A DNA stretch of 63,856 nt, filler included, from Myxococcota bacterium (GCA_023150835.1; 3 parts of 3 records of this genome joined end to end with filler, not necessarily neighbours in it), one strand, 5' to 3'; positions 38,229 to 49,271 are shown, counted from the first letter of the whole stretch. Program-made: numbers and translations. Notes: generated by a model from the letters alone, not told the origin.

Positions 38229-39644
38229 TCAAGCAGACTCTTTAGGTACGATCCATCGGCGCAAAAACACCAACAGCACAGGCGCGCTCAGCGTTGTCAA
38301 ACCGATCACCAACCACATCATCGCTGCATTTCGCGGCCCTTCTTCGGGACAATACGCGGCCAACAAATACCCCGAAAAGATCCCTGCGGGTAGCTTTGCC
38401 AACACCCAAGGCAAGCCACTCATCGCCATATACGTGCTTTCTTCTCCTTTTGGCGCGATCGCTGCGGTGTATTCATATAGCTTCGGCCCCCACAGAGCCT
38501 CGCCGATCGACAACATCACATAAAACAAGATCACGGGTACATACACAGGGTGTATTCCCAAGGATTTCGCAATAGGCGCGTAGTGTTGTGCATCAATCGC
38601 CAAAAAAAACGGAGACAACGCAGAAATAAAACCTCCGACAATTAAAACAGAAAAAGTGCGAAATCTTGCTGTATACACAGCAATCAACGGAGGCAAGACC
38701 ATCATCATAAAGCCGTTAATCGAATACGTCTTTCCGATAGCCGCCATCGGACCGATCTCTCGCAACATGAACTTCGGCATCGTGATATGTACATGCGTAA
38801 ACAGTAGCTTGATGACAGACATCAACACGATTAAGATCATAAACATCCAAAAAACCTTGTGCGACATCGACGCCCACAACAAACGCAGCGGATTCTTTCG
38901 CTCTTTCTGATCCCGCTGCGTCGCTTCCACATCTTCTTCTGCGTAGATGCCTTGGCGCACAAACAGCACGATCGCCAACAACCCCAACAACGTCGTCACA
39001 AAGCCAAACAAAAACACCAACTGATAGCTACTGAACTCATACCCCCACAGCCGCAAGACGTAGGGCGTCACATCATGCCCGCCCTTCATCACGATCTTGC
39101 CCTTTGGTACGCCGCCCATGCTGCGCACGATCCATGTTAGCTGATCCAACGCGATCCCCGCCACCAACGCCCCCACATTCATCAACGCATAAAAGATCGC
39201 AAAGGCCAGTCCTCGGCTGCGTGCTGTTGTGTACTGCTTGATCGCCGCCGACTTGATCGGGATCAGCAGAGGCATCCCAAGCGCCAACAACGGCAGCGAA
39301 AACAACACTGTCACGTAAAAAGACGGGGCCACACCAAACAAAAACCGCCCCACCACACACGCCAATAACCCCAACAACAACGAGCGCTTGATGCCGATCA
39401 CATCGCACAACGCCCCCGCCAAAAAGATCAAGATCCCGTACCCCAGCGACCAATAACCAAATAGCTTCCCCGCCTCCACATCGTTTAAGCCCAAGTGTTG
39501 GCTGAAATACAACACCATCACCATCATCGACGTAAAATAAGCCAGCGACTCCATCAGCTTCGCGAAATAAACGACCCACAACTCTCGCACAGACGACTGC
39601 ATCAACAGACGATACTCGTTCAAAAAATGAAGTATTTTTTCCAT
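38229..39644 (-). CDS. MFS transporter (POT/peptide permease-like)
   Basis: GALCDVIGIKRS motif A, AFAIFYALMNVGA, SIGEALWGP and APKGEESTYM. Confidence 0.85.
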   Translation of the reverse strand: MEKILHFLNEYRLLMQSSVRELWVVYFAKLMESLAYFTSMMVMVLYFSQHLGLNDVEAGKLFGYWSLGYGILIFLAGALCDVIGIKRSLLLGLLACVVGRFLFGVAPSFYVTVLFSLPLLALGMPLLIPIKSAAIKQYTTARSRGLAFAIFYALMNVGALVAGIALDQLTWIVRSMGGVPKGKIVMKGGHDVTPYVLRLWGYEFSSYQLVFLFGFVTTLLGLLAIVLFVRQGIYAEEDVEATQRDQKERKNPLRLLWASMSHKVFWMFMILIVLMSVIKLLFTHVHITMPKFMLREIGPMAAIGKTYSINGFMMMVLPPLIAVYTARFRTFSVLIVGGFISALSPFFLAIDAQHYAPIAKSLGIHPVYVPVILFYVMLSIGEALWGPKLYEYTAAIAPKGEESTYMAMSGLPWVLAKLPAGIFSGYLLAAYCPEEGPRNAAMMWLVIGLTTLSAPVLLVFLRRWIVPKESA

Positions 39645-39675
39645 CGACTCTCTCGCTCCTTTCTTCTCTTCGCCA

Positions 39676-39820
39676 AACTGACGCAGTTGGCCAAAAACCC
39701 CGCGTTCTCGATACTTCAAGCGGCACCGTCGCCCGAGTGAAAAACCTTCGATCACCCCGCCAAAACGGGGTCAAGGGGCGACAGTCCCTTGTGGGGTATG
39801 GGGCAACGCCCCACAAAAAC
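39676..39820 (-). repeat. Family B element
   Basis: ACTGACGCAGTTGG terminus and GGGGTCAAGGGGCGACAGTCCCTTGTGGGGTATGGGGCAACGCCCCAC core. Confidence 0.75.
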
Positions 39821-39905
39821 ATACCCGATGACGTCATCCCCTTTCAAACTTTGCCCCACAAAAACATCCCACGGCGTCACGACTCTCCCCCAAAAACGCG
39901 CTCCT

Positions 39906-40448
39906 TCAAATTACATCGTTCCCTTCACGGCTTGGGATCGCATGACCAAGCAAGGCCCGCATAAAAAACACCACCACACTCAACGTTCCCCATCCCAACC
40001 CCACGACCACACCCGCATCCACAATACCCCGCCAAGGCTGCGCGATCTGCCGAATCGTGATCACCAAACCCACGACCAACACGACGATCACCCACGATAC
40101 GATCAGTCTTTTTCGGTGCGCAGACAACAGCGCCATGCACACCCCCGGCGCAAGCAACACCTGCCACCAGCGCCCTCCCTGCGCCAATAAAAATCCGCGT
40201 TCCACCACCATCGGACTAAATGAACGCTGAAACCCCCGATAGCCCTCCAGATACGCATTGGCCACCACCCAGACTACCCACACCAACCAATGCCATCCGC
40301 CCATCTCCCCGCTACGTATCGCAGCCCACGCATAACCGCTCAAACGCCACAACGCATCCATCAAGATCACCACCACCCCCAACACACCCCAACACAACGC
40401 CAACCAACCCACCAAACTCCCCACTCGTGGGGGATGAAATCGTCGCAT
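39906..40448 (-). CDS. Conserved membrane protein
   Basis: Hydrophobic segments with AYLEGYRGFQRSFSP and PWRGIVDAGVVVGL motifs. Confidence 0.7.
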   Translation of the reverse strand: MRRFHPPRVGSLVGWLALCWGVLGVVVILMDALWRLSGYAWAAIRSGEMGGWHWLVWVVWVVANAYLEGYRGFQRSFSPMVVERGFLLAQGGRWWQVLLAPGVCMALLSAHRKRLIVSWVIVVLVVGLVITIRQIAQPWRGIVDAGVVVGLGWGTLSVVVFFMRALLGHAIPSREGNDVI

Positions 40449-40644
40449 CCGCGCTCATCTCCTTCTTTTCCCAACGCACAAAGCACTCGCCACCGAGCGC
40501 ACAGGATGCTAACATACGCCCGCAACACCAACAAGCACGACTCGCGGATATCTCGCTCTCCGACCGCTTCCTTGCTTCATCACGAAACCATCGCTATTTC
40601 AATCAAACCGAACCAACGGCTCTTTCAACGCCACGACAAAAACG

Positions 40645-41367
40645 ATGACTTTTCAACGCATCCTCACCAGCGGACCCATCGAAAAAAACATCCACCAGCT
40701 TTGGCAGCGCTACCGATCTCAGCCGATCCGCCGACCTCGCCATCTCTGGCGATTGTTTCGGCTCCACCGCGAATTTGACCTCTCTCCAACCGATCCTTCT
40801 TCATGGCAATGGAACTTCCCACGCGGACAGATCCCCCAATGCTCGGTATGTACCGACAACTGTTGCAAAGGCCCCCACAACACCGTGCTTTTGCGCCTTG
40901 TCGACGTCGCTCGTTTTGTCGATCGCGGATGGACCGATCGCATCACTCTCCAAAAACCCACCTTCCCCTCCGAAGTCCTCGCACAAAAGCCCATGCTCCA
41001 AGCCACCCTACGATCCTTCCATTGGCAGATCTTCCCGATACTCAAGCAAGATCCACACACGCACGCCTGTGCTTTCCTCGACTCCGCAAGCCGCTGCTCG
41101 ATCCACCCCGATCGGCCTTGGATCTGCCGCGTTTTTCCTTACCACCTTGACTTTGATCAACAGGCCGTATCATGGAGCGAACGCTGTCGATGGCCACAAC
41201 AGGCCGACACAAACGCCCCACAAACCAAAGAACTCGAACACGCCGTCTTTCACAGCTTCTTTACAGAAAAGATCCGCGACCTGATCCTCGTCACCGTCTA
41301 CCGCGAAGAGATCGCTGCCTCTGCCCTTGCCCCTTTTCTCGATCTCTCCGCCCTTTCCAACCTCTAA
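40645..41367 (+). CDS. YkgJ/CxxCxxCC cysteine-cluster (Fe-S/Zn) protein
   Basis: CSVCTDNCC and CAFL...CSIHPDRPWICRVFP. Confidence 0.82.
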   Translation: MTFQRILTSGPIEKNIHQLWQRYRSQPIRRPRHLWRLFRLHREFDLSPTDPSSWQWNFPRGQIPQCSVCTDNCCKGPHNTVLLRLVDVARFVDRGWTDRITLQKPTFPSEVLAQKPMLQATLRSFHWQIFPILKQDPHTHACAFLDSASRCSIHPDRPWICRVFPYHLDFDQQAVSWSERCRWPQQADTNAPQTKELEHAVFHSFFTEKIRDLILVTVYREEIAASALAPFLDLSALSNL

Positions 41368-41380
41368 TCCCTTGGAGCTC

Positions 41381-42298
41381 ATGGGTATGCGCAGCCAAGA
41401 TGAGATGACCGCCTTCGTCAAAGTCGTTGAACTCGCTAGTTTTACTGCCGCCGCAGAGCATCTCCAAGTCCCCAAATCCACCCTCAGTCGGTGGATATCT
41501 CGTCTCGAAGAACGCCTCGGCGCACAACTCATCACCCGAACCACCCGATCGATCTACCTGACCGAACTCGGACAAGCCTACTACAGCCGCTGCCGACAGA
41601 TCATCTCCGCCATCGAAGAAGCCGAAGAATCCATCCGTGAGATGCACGAATCTCCACGTGGCACCTTGCGTATCACCATGCCCTCCGCCAAACAAGGCTC
41701 CCCCTTCTCCCAGATGCTGCTCCAATTCCTTGGCGCTTACCCTGACGTGACTCTCGAAGTCCTTACCACCACCCGCTATGTCAACATGGTCGAAGAAGGT
41801 TTCGATATCGCCATCCGCGCCGGAAATCTCGAAGACTCTTCCCTCGTCGCCAAAAAAATCTTCGACGTACAGCAACACGTCGTCGCCAGCCCCGCTTATT
41901 TCCAAAAACACGGAACACCCGCCTCTCCCGAGGATCTCCTCCATCACAAATGCCTCTATCACGGTGTCCACAACGAACAAGCCCAATGGATCACTCGACA
42001 AGGCCGCCCCATCCCCATCCGACCGCACTTTTGCTCCAACGATGTCGAACTCCTTCACGAAGCTGCCCTCCAAGGCTACGGACTCGCCCTGCTCCCGGGC
42101 GTACTCACCGCTGACGACCTCCTCCAAAAACGCCTACTCCCCGCTCTGCAAGACCATATCACGGGACAAACAGGACTCTTCGTCCTCTATCCACCCAACC
42201 GCTACCTCTCTCAAAAAGTCCGTGTTTTCGTGGACTTTTGCACGCAGTACCTCCGAAAACACTACCAGCAAGTCTTTGAAAAACATAACGAGAACTGA
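41381..42298 (+). CDS. LysR family transcriptional regulator (CrgA-like)
   Basis: SFTAAAEHL...STLSRWISRLEERLGAQLITRTTR HTH, EEGFDIAIR and KVRVFVDF. Confidence 0.92.
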   Translation: MGMRSQDEMTAFVKVVELASFTAAAEHLQVPKSTLSRWISRLEERLGAQLITRTTRSIYLTELGQAYYSRCRQIISAIEEAEESIREMHESPRGTLRITMPSAKQGSPFSQMLLQFLGAYPDVTLEVLTTTRYVNMVEEGFDIAIRAGNLEDSSLVAKKIFDVQQHVVASPAYFQKHGTPASPEDLLHHKCLYHGVHNEQAQWITRQGRPIPIRPHFCSNDVELLHEAALQGYGLALLPGVLTADDLLQKRLLPALQDHITGQTGLFVLYPPNRYLSQKVRVFVDFCTQYLRKHYQQVFEKHNEN

Positions 42299-42301
42299 GC
42301 A

Positions 42302-42445
42302 AAAAATGACGCAGGTGACAAAAGATCCCGTGTTCGCGACATTTCAAACGACAGAGTCGCCTGCGTGGAGCACAGCGATCTGTTCGACGGTACGGGGTCA
42401 AGGGGCGGCAGTCTACGGCGGGGTGTGGGGTGACACCCCAAACAC
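42302..42445 (-). repeat. Family B element
   Basis: ATGACGCAGGTG terminus and CCCGTGTTCGCG...GGGGTCAAGGGGCG core. Confidence 0.7.
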
Positions 42446-42459
42446 AGAGCAACCACCTA

Positions 42460-42574
42460 GTACAAGCTCCGCCCGTTATGTGATTGTAGGAATGTAGGGG
42501 CAGACCCCTGTGTCTGCCCAATCATCGGGCGTCTACGTACTCTCCTTTGTGTACACGTCACTCGGATATCGTAT
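42460..42574 (+). mobile_element. Family A element, 115 bp
   Basis: GTACAAGCTCCGCCC...TGTAGGGGCAGACCCCTGTGTCTGCCC...GGATATCGTAT. Confidence 0.78.
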
Positions 42575-42619
42575 AAGCCCCTATCCAAACCAAGAACCAC
42601 CGAACGAAAGGACAACACG

Positions 42620-43528
42620 ATGCCCAACGAACTCCCGATCCGCCGTGTCGCTGTAGCAGGAGCCACAGGAAACGCTGGCAAAGAGATATTGCGCGCCGCG
42701 AAACAACGCGGTCTCTTCGTTCGCGCCCTTGTCCGATCGCCGCACAAACTCCAAGAAGCGCGGGACTTTTGCGACGAGATCCACACCGTCGAGATCACAG
42801 ATCCTGTCTCTTTGCAAGGTTCGCTCGAAGGTGTCGATGCTTTGATCTCAGCCATCGGAAAAACCTTTCAACGCGACGCCACTCCGCGCTATCTCGTCGA
42901 TGTCACTGCCAACAAGCACCTGTTCGCCGAAGCCAAACACTCAAACCTCCGATGTATCGCTCTTTTAAGCGTTTTTATGGCCAGCACCGCCCATCCTGTC
43001 GCCCTTTTGCGCTACAAAGGCGAAGCCGAAGAAGCGCTCAAACAAACGGGGCTGCCTTATCTGATCGTCCAACCAAGCGGCTTTTTCTCTGATATGTGGG
43101 AAGTTTTTCGGATGTGTGAGCGCGGGGTCTTTTGGTCGGTCGGTGATGGAACGGCCCTCTTTAACCCCGTCTCTCTTATCGATCTCGCGGACTTTCTTGT
43201 CGACCGTCTGCTCGATCCTTCCGCCCACAACCAAACCTATCCCGTCGGCGGACCCGATATCTTCCCCATGCGCGACCTCGCCAAGATCGCCGCCAAAGTC
43301 CTCCAAAAACCTGTGCGTGTCCGCCAGCTTCCGCTCTGGCTGTGCCGCCTGTTTGTCTCTCTTTCCCGACTAGCCGGACGCAACGCATGGGAACTTGCGC
43401 AGTTTTTTGTCGGAACTGTCGATTACATCCAATCTCATGGAAACGATGGTTCCACCCCATCCATCGGCACCCACCATCTCGAAGACTACTTCCGCCAACG
43501 TTATCTCAAACAAAACTTACGCGATTGA
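42620..43528 (+). CDS. NAD(P)H-binding atypical SDR/NmrA-like oxidoreductase
   Basis: VAVAGATGNAG, VRALVR, YKGEAE, QPSGFF and VGGPD. Confidence 0.88.
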   Translation: MPNELPIRRVAVAGATGNAGKEILRAAKQRGLFVRALVRSPHKLQEARDFCDEIHTVEITDPVSLQGSLEGVDALISAIGKTFQRDATPRYLVDVTANKHLFAEAKHSNLRCIALLSVFMASTAHPVALLRYKGEAEEALKQTGLPYLIVQPSGFFSDMWEVFRMCERGVFWSVGDGTALFNPVSLIDLADFLVDRLLDPSAHNQTYPVGGPDIFPMRDLAKIAAKVLQKPVRVRQLPLWLCRLFVSLSRLAGRNAWELAQFFVGTVDYIQSHGNDGSTPSIGTHHLEDYFRQRYLKQNLRD

Positions 43529-43532
43529 ATGG

Positions 43533-43680
43533 TTTTGTGGGGCGCGGCCCCATACCCCGCAAGGGGTTGCAAACCCCTTGACCCCGTGTTCGGCGAAAAG
43601 ATCACGGCTTTTCAAACAAACGACACTCTCGCTTGGACAGGCGCGAACACGGGCTTTTTGGAGCCAACTGCGCAACACCT
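43533..43680 (+). repeat. Family B element
   Basis: TTTTGTGGGGCGCGGCCCCATACCCCGCAAGGGG...CCCCTTGACCCCG...GCGAACACGGGC...CAACTGCGCAAC. Confidence 0.72.
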
Positions 43681-43697
43681 ATCGAAGGAAAAATCCC

Positions 43698-44258
43698 TTG
43701 AAACCGATATCCATTCCCTCTTTTTTGCGTGAAGTGTTCGGCGAAACACAGCACCCGTTCGATCTTTTTCTCGTACTTTTTTCTGCTTTTTCAGTCAATC
43801 TTCTTCTTCTTTTTTCGCATCCATTTTTACAACCGTCTTGGTCTTCATGGAAGATCATTCTCTCTCACCTGCTGATCTTTGATATCGCGGCGGGTGCCGT
43901 CGCCAACCTCACCCACTCCACCAACGAGCACTATCAAGCCCGTCCTTCCTTGCGTTATGTCTTCTATGCCGTCCATCTCCATCTCATCCTACTTTTTCTT
44001 CTGCTCGATCAGTCCGTCCTCAAAGCCTGCCTGATCACCGCGCTCACTGTCGCAGCCTCTCTGCTTGTCAATGCCTTCAAAGGCCATCCCTCCCAACGCA
44101 TCCTCGCCGCAAGCCTCGTTGTACTCGGTAGTTCCGCGATCGCTCTCTTCCTCGCTCTTCCCTCTTTTGTACTTCTGCCTTCTGTCTTGTTCGTCGTCAA
44201 ACTCACCTTTAGCTTTTCTGTCCACCACGCCGCCATCGCTACGCACAACTCCCCCTAG
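43698..44258 (+). CDS. Membrane protein, hypothetical
   Basis: TTG start after AGGA; hydrophobic segments and FDIAAGAVAN.T.STN.HY motif. Confidence 0.68.
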   Translation: MKPISIPSFLREVFGETQHPFDLFLVLFSAFSVNLLLLFSHPFLQPSWSSWKIILSHLLIFDIAAGAVANLTHSTNEHYQARPSLRYVFYAVHLHLILLFLLLDQSVLKACLITALTVAASLLVNAFKGHPSQRILAASLVVLGSSAIALFLALPSFVLLPSVLFVVKLTFSFSVHHAAIATHNSP

Positions 44259-44324
44259 GAATAACGACCGCTCACCCACCACAACGACCGCTCACCCGCC
44301 CATACCGATCACCAGACAAAGCGA

Positions 44325-45362
44325 TCACGGCAACGAGATCGACACCTCGTATTCGATCCGACAAGCACCGCTTTCAACCTCTAATTGTCCGAAAAACAGA
44401 CAAGCATTTGTAAACGAACCTTGAACAAGGCCATCTCCGTTTCGGCTGTTGGCGGTAAATGGCGATCGTAGCCCCGACCAAGCACCTTCGAGAGGCCATG
44501 TCACGGGCAAAGGCGAATTAGGCTTGGAGCCAAACTCCAGCTTGATCTGCCCTGCGTTGAGGCTCACAAAGAGACCGAGTCTTGTACCCGCCGCCAAGGC
44601 CGTTGCGGCACAAGAAGCGGCCCCACTTTTGACTCGACCACTTTGGATCACGGCTTTGTAGGACCCTTTGGGTTCGGCCAACGCACAAGCAGGCGGCATA
44701 CACCCACCGTCGCTCATCTCGACGATCTCACACCGATAACTCGTACGGCAATCCTTGTTTTCTTTGCAACGCTTTAAGCAAGCGCCCGATGCTGCGCCCG
44801 GAACATAACAAACAGCGTCAGGCGGGCAAGCATCCCCTCCTATAAAGCAAGCCTTCGTACAATACCCGCCCGGGGGTCCACTCCCAGAGTCCGATGGAAA
44901 GGGAAACATCGGTAGTTCACCCTCTTTCATGCAACGCATGGGAGATCCTCCACAATCCGCATCACTTCGGCACGGATCGCCGATCTTTGGGCTGACTGCT
45001 TCGGGAAGACTCTCTTGAGACTCGGGGCGAGCTTCTTCTCCTTCGGCGGGTTGTTCTTTTGGTTCGGGCTGTACCTCGATCGCAGCCTCCACGACGACTT
45101 CTTGCTCAGGCCCCATCTCCACCGCCTTTTCGGATGCCTCCGTTGGCGATTCTGCGTTCGGTTCGCTCTCTGCCTGTGCAGCATCCCCGACAGCTTCGGC
45201 TTTTTCGATGCCTCCATCCGCTGCGCTCGCTTCTTTTTCGTCGCTAGGCAGGACGTTCACACACTGACAATGGCTCACACTCAACGCCAAGCCGATCAAC
45301 ACCCCAAAGATCCATACGTGGACGCTTTGCCTTGCCCCACGACGCAAGCCCATCCCTTTCAT
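44325..45362 (-). CDS. Cys-rich myxobacterial-type exported protein/lipoprotein
   Basis: Signal ending HCQC, Glu/Pro-rich linker and GDPCRSDADC...PGGYCTKAC...CLKRC..DCR..YRC repeat module. Confidence 0.75.
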   Translation of the reverse strand: MKGMGLRRGARQSVHVWIFGVLIGLALSVSHCQCVNVLPSDEKEASAADGGIEKAEAVGDAAQAESEPNAESPTEASEKAVEMGPEQEVVVEAAIEVQPEPKEQPAEGEEARPESQESLPEAVSPKIGDPCRSDADCGGSPMRCMKEGELPMFPFPSDSGSGPPGGYCTKACFIGGDACPPDAVCYVPGAASGACLKRCKENKDCRTSYRCEIVEMSDGGCMPPACALAEPKGSYKAVIQSGRVKSGAASCAATALAAGTRLGLFVSLNAGQIKLEFGSKPNSPLPVTWPLEGAWSGLRSPFTANSRNGDGLVQGSFTNACLFFGQLEVESGACRIEYEVSISLP

Positions 45363-45614
45363 CGCTCCGACGCTCCCTTCTTCCTCTGCCTCTGTTTTGG
45401 CAACACCGCATGATGCACCTTGAAATGCAACGCCCTGTCTGCTAGGGTCGCGTCTGCCCAAACAGGATGCGCAGGCCCACAACCTCCAATCGCTTTTACA
45501 AGCACTTGCCTTCGAGAGATCATGCGTACCTTTTTTCACACCGCATTGACCCAACCCAACCCACGATGGTCTGCCTTTTTCTCCAAACACCCTTTTCGAG
45601 AAGGCTTTTTCTCC

Positions 45615-46919
45615 ATGATCAAAAAAGCTATCCGATTCCTCTGCTTCTTGGGCCTTTTTGGCCTGATCAAGCCTTGGCCACCAGCCCATGCCCAAACCTG
45701 CAAATGCGCCAGCAGCGATATCGAAGTCTTCCCTGCCGTCGGGCAAGTTGTCCCCCGAAACACGCAGATCTGGGTACGCCTCCCCGCCGTAAGCGCACGT
45801 CTCACCTACGGAAAATACCCAGACTTCCAAAATTACCCCACCCTCTGGGCTTCTTCTTACGTCACTCAACTGCTTCGTCTTGACCTGATGCACAAAGGCC
45901 AGATCGTCAATACCCCCCGATTTGACTTGCTTTCAGGACAGTGGCGGATGCTTAACCTCCGCCCCACCAAGCCGCTCGACGCCGGACAGACCTATCAGAT
46001 CCGCCTCAGCGTGGGAGTATGGAGCGCCATCATCGGAAACTTCCGCACCACCAACGAACTCGCCAACGTCACACCACCCAAACCCGCCCTCAAAAACGCT
46101 CGCTTCCTCTGGGAGCGCCAAGTCGCAGGATTCTGCCTCTCTCCTACGCCTTACGCCGTCCTCGAACTCGACAAACTCCCACCCAACGAAACCGCCCCTC
46201 TTCTCGGCGTCTGGGTCGCCGATCCAAACGGCAACATCAACACCGCCGCCCCTCCCCGCTTGATCCTGTCTTCCCAGCAAAAAAAGCACTTCCTTGGAAG
46301 ACCCGTCCAATGCTCCGAAAATAACTTGCCTTTTCCTCTCCAAAAAACCATGAAGATCGGGATCCGCTTTGGCCATATCACCGGCACATGGGGACCCGTC
46401 GAAGAGATCACGCTTGCCAAAGGCACCTTCTTGCATCCGTGGACTTGGTCGCCCAATGGCCGTGTCCTCTTCTGGGTCGTCTTGGCCTTTTTGATCTTCC
46501 TGCTCGATCTTGTTCGGGTATGGCTGTTCCAACGCGTCTCCAACGAAAAGCTTGAGGACTACCTCGCCAACAACAAATCCATCGAAGGGGACTCGGCTTG
46601 GATCGGTCTCCGTCGCATGGTGCAAAGCGAAAAACTCTATCGTCTCGGAAGTACTCTCCTTGGAACGCTCCATCTTCTTCTTGTCGTCTTCGGATTTTAT
46701 GTGTTTTTCCGTAGTCTCTCACACTTTGCAGGCACTCAAACAGCCCTTGCCCAACTCAACCTGACCTTCTATCCGATCGCATCCGCCCTCTTCCTGCACT
46801 GGCTTGTCACCTTTGCTTACATCCTGCGCATCCGCAGTAAGCGCAAAAAGATCGCTCATCTGCCCATCGCCGCCGGATTCAAAAAACCCAGCGATGAACT
46901 CTTGAAAGGCTGGAGATAG
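45615..46919 (+). CDS. Exported N-terminal Ig-like domain protein with C-terminal TM segments
   Basis: Signal AHA|QTCKC, PRNTQIW and RPTKPLDAGQTYQI Ig-like pattern, and three hydrophobic helices. Confidence 0.65.
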   Translation: MIKKAIRFLCFLGLFGLIKPWPPAHAQTCKCASSDIEVFPAVGQVVPRNTQIWVRLPAVSARLTYGKYPDFQNYPTLWASSYVTQLLRLDLMHKGQIVNTPRFDLLSGQWRMLNLRPTKPLDAGQTYQIRLSVGVWSAIIGNFRTTNELANVTPPKPALKNARFLWERQVAGFCLSPTPYAVLELDKLPPNETAPLLGVWVADPNGNINTAAPPRLILSSQQKKHFLGRPVQCSENNLPFPLQKTMKIGIRFGHITGTWGPVEEITLAKGTFLHPWTWSPNGRVLFWVVLAFLIFLLDLVRVWLFQRVSNEKLEDYLANNKSIEGDSAWIGLRRMVQSEKLYRLGSTLLGTLHLLLVVFGFYVFFRSLSHFAGTQTALAQLNLTFYPIASALFLHWLVTFAYILRIRSKRKKIAHLPIAAGFKKPSDELLKGWR

Positions 46920-47019
46920 CGCGCAACCATCCACCCAAACCACCTATCTTTTCTCGCGCCCTCCCCAAATCGCCGAAAGGCCCGAACCCACAGCGCGAGT
47001 ATCACAGGAGAAGCCCAAG

Positions 47020-48633
47020 ATGGCTGCCGAATATCACATCATCGTCGTCGATCCTCGTGGCCGACAAATGGAATATCCCCTGCGAGGCGAACTTCTGATC
47101 GGTCGATCCCCTCAAAACCACATTATCCTTGACGATCCCAACCTTGCTCCACAGCACCTGAGCATCGGCAGCGACGGGAAAAGCTGCTGGTTTCGTGCAG
47201 GAGATCAAGCCGGAAATATCAACGTCAACGGCGACTTTTCACGCGAAGGCTGGCTCCACGGCGGCGAGCAGATCACTCTCGGAGCCTATCGCCTTTCTCT
47301 CAAAGTACCCGAGATCGACGCCCCCCCTGATCTCGGCGACTTTAGCTTCGATATGCCCGAACACACCGATGATCTCGCCGATGCTGCGGCCTTTCTCGAT
47401 CAACCCAGTGATGCAGCCCCCTCCGATGTCCCCAAACAACAACGCAGCGGCAATGTCCTTTGGCTCGGTTACGCCATCGCCATGTACGTCTTGGCGAGCG
47501 TCGTCTTGGCTTTTGGCAGCATCACCCTCTCTCAGCGGATGTTCGGAAAACCCGATATCCTCGAACAGCGCGAAGACGCGATGATCCGCGCCATGAACCA
47601 GATGCTCAAAGGCCGCACCCTCCTCATCCAACAAAACTGGCAAGCCGCTTCCATCGCCCTACGCGAAGCCGAGTCCCTCACCCCCGAAGGCAGCCCCCTT
47701 CTGAAAGTCATGGCCACCCACCTCACCCGCGCAAACAACGAGTGGGAATCCCTTTCCGCCTATCGACGCGCCAAAGACCTTTACTTCAAAGAAAACAAAG
47801 GCGCAGCAGCCCTCGGCTTACTCAACAAGATCCCCAACGACCGACACATCTACAACGACGCTCGCAAGCTTTATCAAGATATCTACGACAAAAATATCAA
47901 ACAACTCCTTGCCAACGCCCGCGCTGGACTCGATGCCAAAGACGCCGACAAAGCACGCAACAATATCGCCGAAGCCCTCCGCTACGACGGCGATCTCGCA
48001 GAGGCCATCCCGCTCCAACAAGAACTTGAAAAACTCGAAACGGCCACCCCCGAAGGCCGCGCACGACTCGCCGCAGAACGCGCCAAATTCCAAAAAGGCA
48101 TCGGTCTATTTCGCGGCGGAAACAGCAACGCTGCGCTTGCCTTCTTTGAAAACCTCTCCAAAACCTCCACAGGCCTCACCCGCCGTAAGGCCCTACGCTA
48201 CATCAACAGCATCAAAAACTTCAAAACCATCCTCGCCCAAGGCCAACAAGCCCTCAGCAGCGGAAGCAACGCTCAAGCCATCACGCTTCTCACCAAAGCT
48301 CGACAGATGGACGAATCTCTCGGAGGCGGAAACCGCGACAAATATATGGGCCGCCTCGGAATCGCCTACTACAAACGAGGAAAAAGTAGCTTTGCAAGCA
48401 AGAAGTATGCGGATGCTTACCGCGACTATCAACGCTCTCTCACCTTTTCAAGCAACGCCGCTGCCAAAGCCGGCCTTGCCAGCGTCCGCGCCCAAGCCGC
48501 CAGCCTAATCAAACAAGCCAAACTGCTCAAAGATGTCGATGATGCCGAGGCCAGACGCCTCCTTGGACAAGTCATGCAGATCCTCCCCTCCAGCGAACCC
48601 CTCCACTCCACCGCTCGCAGCCTCCGACGTTAA
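47020..48633 (+). CDS. FHA domain - TM - TPR-like protein
   Basis: LIGRSPQNHIILDDP..APQH..NGD FHA pattern, one TM, then helical repeats. Confidence 0.8.
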   Translation: MAAEYHIIVVDPRGRQMEYPLRGELLIGRSPQNHIILDDPNLAPQHLSIGSDGKSCWFRAGDQAGNINVNGDFSREGWLHGGEQITLGAYRLSLKVPEIDAPPDLGDFSFDMPEHTDDLADAAAFLDQPSDAAPSDVPKQQRSGNVLWLGYAIAMYVLASVVLAFGSITLSQRMFGKPDILEQREDAMIRAMNQMLKGRTLLIQQNWQAASIALREAESLTPEGSPLLKVMATHLTRANNEWESLSAYRRAKDLYFKENKGAAALGLLNKIPNDRHIYNDARKLYQDIYDKNIKQLLANARAGLDAKDADKARNNIAEALRYDGDLAEAIPLQQELEKLETATPEGRARLAAERAKFQKGIGLFRGGNSNAALAFFENLSKTSTGLTRRKALRYINSIKNFKTILAQGQQALSSGSNAQAITLLTKARQMDESLGGGNRDKYMGRLGIAYYKRGKSSFASKKYADAYRDYQRSLTFSSNAAAKAGLASVRAQAASLIKQAKLLKDVDDAEARRLLGQVMQILPSSEPLHSTARSLRR

Positions 48634-48724
48634 TACGCTCGGTAGCGCCGAACACTCCTCTCACACCACCTCCAACACCCCTCTCCCTGCCGCTCCTTTG
48701 CCCCATCCCACGCAGCCTTCGGCG

Positions 48725-49219
48725 TTAACGCGCTCGATCACGCCCTCCCGCCTGCGCTTGTCTGCGCTCAAAAAAACACGGACGTTGCGGCTTCCCTTGC
48801 TTCAGTTGGATCTGCACCGTCACCAGCTTTCCCCGTTCTGCCCGATGCACCTCCGCTTCGTGTGTCTCGTACCCTTCGCGACGGATACAATACACCCAGA
48901 AGTGGAAGGGTACACCGTGCATCATCAGCGGCATAATCCACTCCCCCCGTAGCTCCTCGACGATGCGGATCTCGCCTTTGTCGTCCGCCGTATAAGAAGT
49001 TGTCTTGTGGATGCGCCGATGCGGATGGGATGCCCACGTCAACGACATCTTCGTCTTGCCCAAGACTTGGCCTTTTGCATCAACAACGCGCAGCACCATC
49101 GACGGCTGCACCACTGCCGTACGCTTCACAGGCAACGGACATCCCGCCAACAACACACTCACCCCAAACAGCCCTCCCCAACGCCCTATCCGTCTCATGA
49201 ACCGTCCATACACCCTCAT
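48725..49219 (-). CDS. Hypothetical lipoprotein (carboxypeptidase-regulatory-like fold)
   Basis: LLAGC lipobox and RVVDAKG...TADDKGE...REGYE pattern. Confidence 0.65.
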   Translation of the reverse strand: MRVYGRFMRRIGRWGGLFGVSVLLAGCPLPVKRTAVVQPSMVLRVVDAKGQVLGKTKMSLTWASHPHRRIHKTTSYTADDKGEIRIVEELRGEWIMPLMMHGVPFHFWVYCIRREGYETHEAEVHRAERGKLVTVQIQLKQGKPQRPCFFERRQAQAGGRDRAR

Positions 49220-49271
49220 CAACGCGCTCCTTCTTTTTTCGTTTTTCCTCGACACGCAAGGGCATTCCAAT